In this document: one piece after another, positions 63,031-64,000 of the stretch
How positions within the stretch are numbered: position 1 is the first letter of the stretch
Layout: each line of letters starts with the position of its first letter
From: Pelomyxa schiedti
Lineage: Eukaryota; Protista; Evosea
DNA length: 64,000 nt
Direction: 5' to 3'
NCBI GenBank assembly: GCA_020536535.1
Contig: JAHLWZ010000721.1
Location: 111,846 to 175,845 of the forward strand
Notes under the pieces: model-generated
Databases searched by the model: none
What the model saw: the letters and a program-made list of their open reading frames with translations, nothing else
Told to the model about the DNA's origin: nothing
Program-made: the position numbers and the translations under genes

Positions 63031-64000
63031 ATGGGCAGTACCAAAGTTGTTTTTCACTCAAACCCAAAGGGGGAATCACTTGTCACTTGTTCATGGCCTA
63101 TTGGCCCGAGCAGAACGCTGTGCCAAGAGTTTTCATTTTCACGCTCGTATTCCTTATGGACGGACCCCCATCGATATTCATTACGGGTGATGCGCACTGG
63201 TGGGCGTAAGCACTTTTTTTCAACCTTTCATAATTAATTTCAAGACAAAAGAGACCGCACACACAAATGAAGCGGGGTGGAATTTGTACAAATTCTTCAC
63301 TTTGGTGGTGCCGGAGGTAGAGACGTTGCTTGTGTGCTTCTTATATTTTTACATATGAAAGGAAATGCCACTGAATTCGACTGAAATTGGAATACAAAGG
63401 GTATCCAATGAGCATTTCAAGGGATTTCTACCGTACTCAACAAACTTCAAAGTGTACAACTTCTTCTTCCCACACCTTATATTTGCAGGCCACACACCCC
63501 TCCTTCCGTTCTCCCTGTTGCCAAGCTGACCAAGCCAGCTTTTCCTCTTTTGGACAAATACTGAGTGAGCGCAGTGTCCCTCTGTGCAAAGAGATGCTCA
63601 TTTGGCATCAATAGCTGGCCTATTTTCAGACTATGTGTTAACCAATTCTGACAGTGACGTGAAAGTAGGTACCGAGAAGAGTCACGGGAAGTGTCAGTAA
63701 TACTTGCGGAACAATTGAGCTTTTGCAAATCCACCGCCAGCCATCCAATGCACACCCCTTCTTCCCACACCACAGTCACAACCACAAGCACAAGCACAAT
63801 CACAACCACAAACACAAACGCAGTCCCCAGTCCTGTCAATCATCACAAGTTCAACAACCACAACAACCAAAAATCAACCCAATAACACCAGGCTAATTCC
63901 AGAACCACACACAAATACCCAATCATTGCCACCAAAGTACAGGGATAATAAATTCGTTCCCATTAAGGTAAGTAAGCAAGCCCATCTTTGCACAGCACCA

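Larger units (their letters stand above)
59644..64000. repeat. Perfect inverted repeat of at least 121 bp (59644-59764 vs 63880-64000), with neighbouring diverged inverted similarity
   Basis: Exact reverse complement by inspection. In addition, 59820-59872 resembles the reverse complement of ~63445-63505. Confidence 0.9.

Noticed and set aside
1-64000. CRISPR arrays, rRNA, tRNA, prokaryotic operons or contamination
   Set aside because: No repeat-spacer arrays or RNA-gene signatures were seen. Prokaryote-like genes contain spliceosomal introns and sit among core eukaryotic genes.

Overview
Gene-dense eukaryotic DNA with many short GT-AG introns (mostly about 35-120 nt) and four N-gaps. Intron style and an expanded 'DQFVAL..SHPRCG' gene family suggest an anaerobic amoebozoan such as Pelomyxa; this is inference, not verified. 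Recognisable housekeeping genes are a Trk K+ transporter, SDIR1-like RING E3, COPI beta' (COPB2/SEC27), TRAPPC1/Bet5, a Tra2-like SR protein, Rab7, PDCD2L, transaldolase and Gemin7. Unusual genes are: (i) a ubiquitin-like domain ending in ...PKGG fused to a prokaryote-type MEDS sensory domain; (ii) a ~2100-aa RRM-DEAH helicase-RING/IBR-PARP-like protein lying head-to-head with an intron-containing bacterial-type HD phosphohydrolase; (iii) a 16-kb stretch rich in secreted or GPI-tailed proteins (GH50 agarase-like, beta-helix, LmbE/PIG-L deacetylase, double folate-receptor). Repeats include a 590-bp MITE-like element (TG..CA ends, 5-bp TSD), a fold-back inverted repeat, and a right-end zone with two extra Trk fragments, possible LINE debris and inverted/direct repeats. 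The four exact 121-bp duplications around N-gaps are assembly artefacts. Spliced gene boundaries were assigned by eye.
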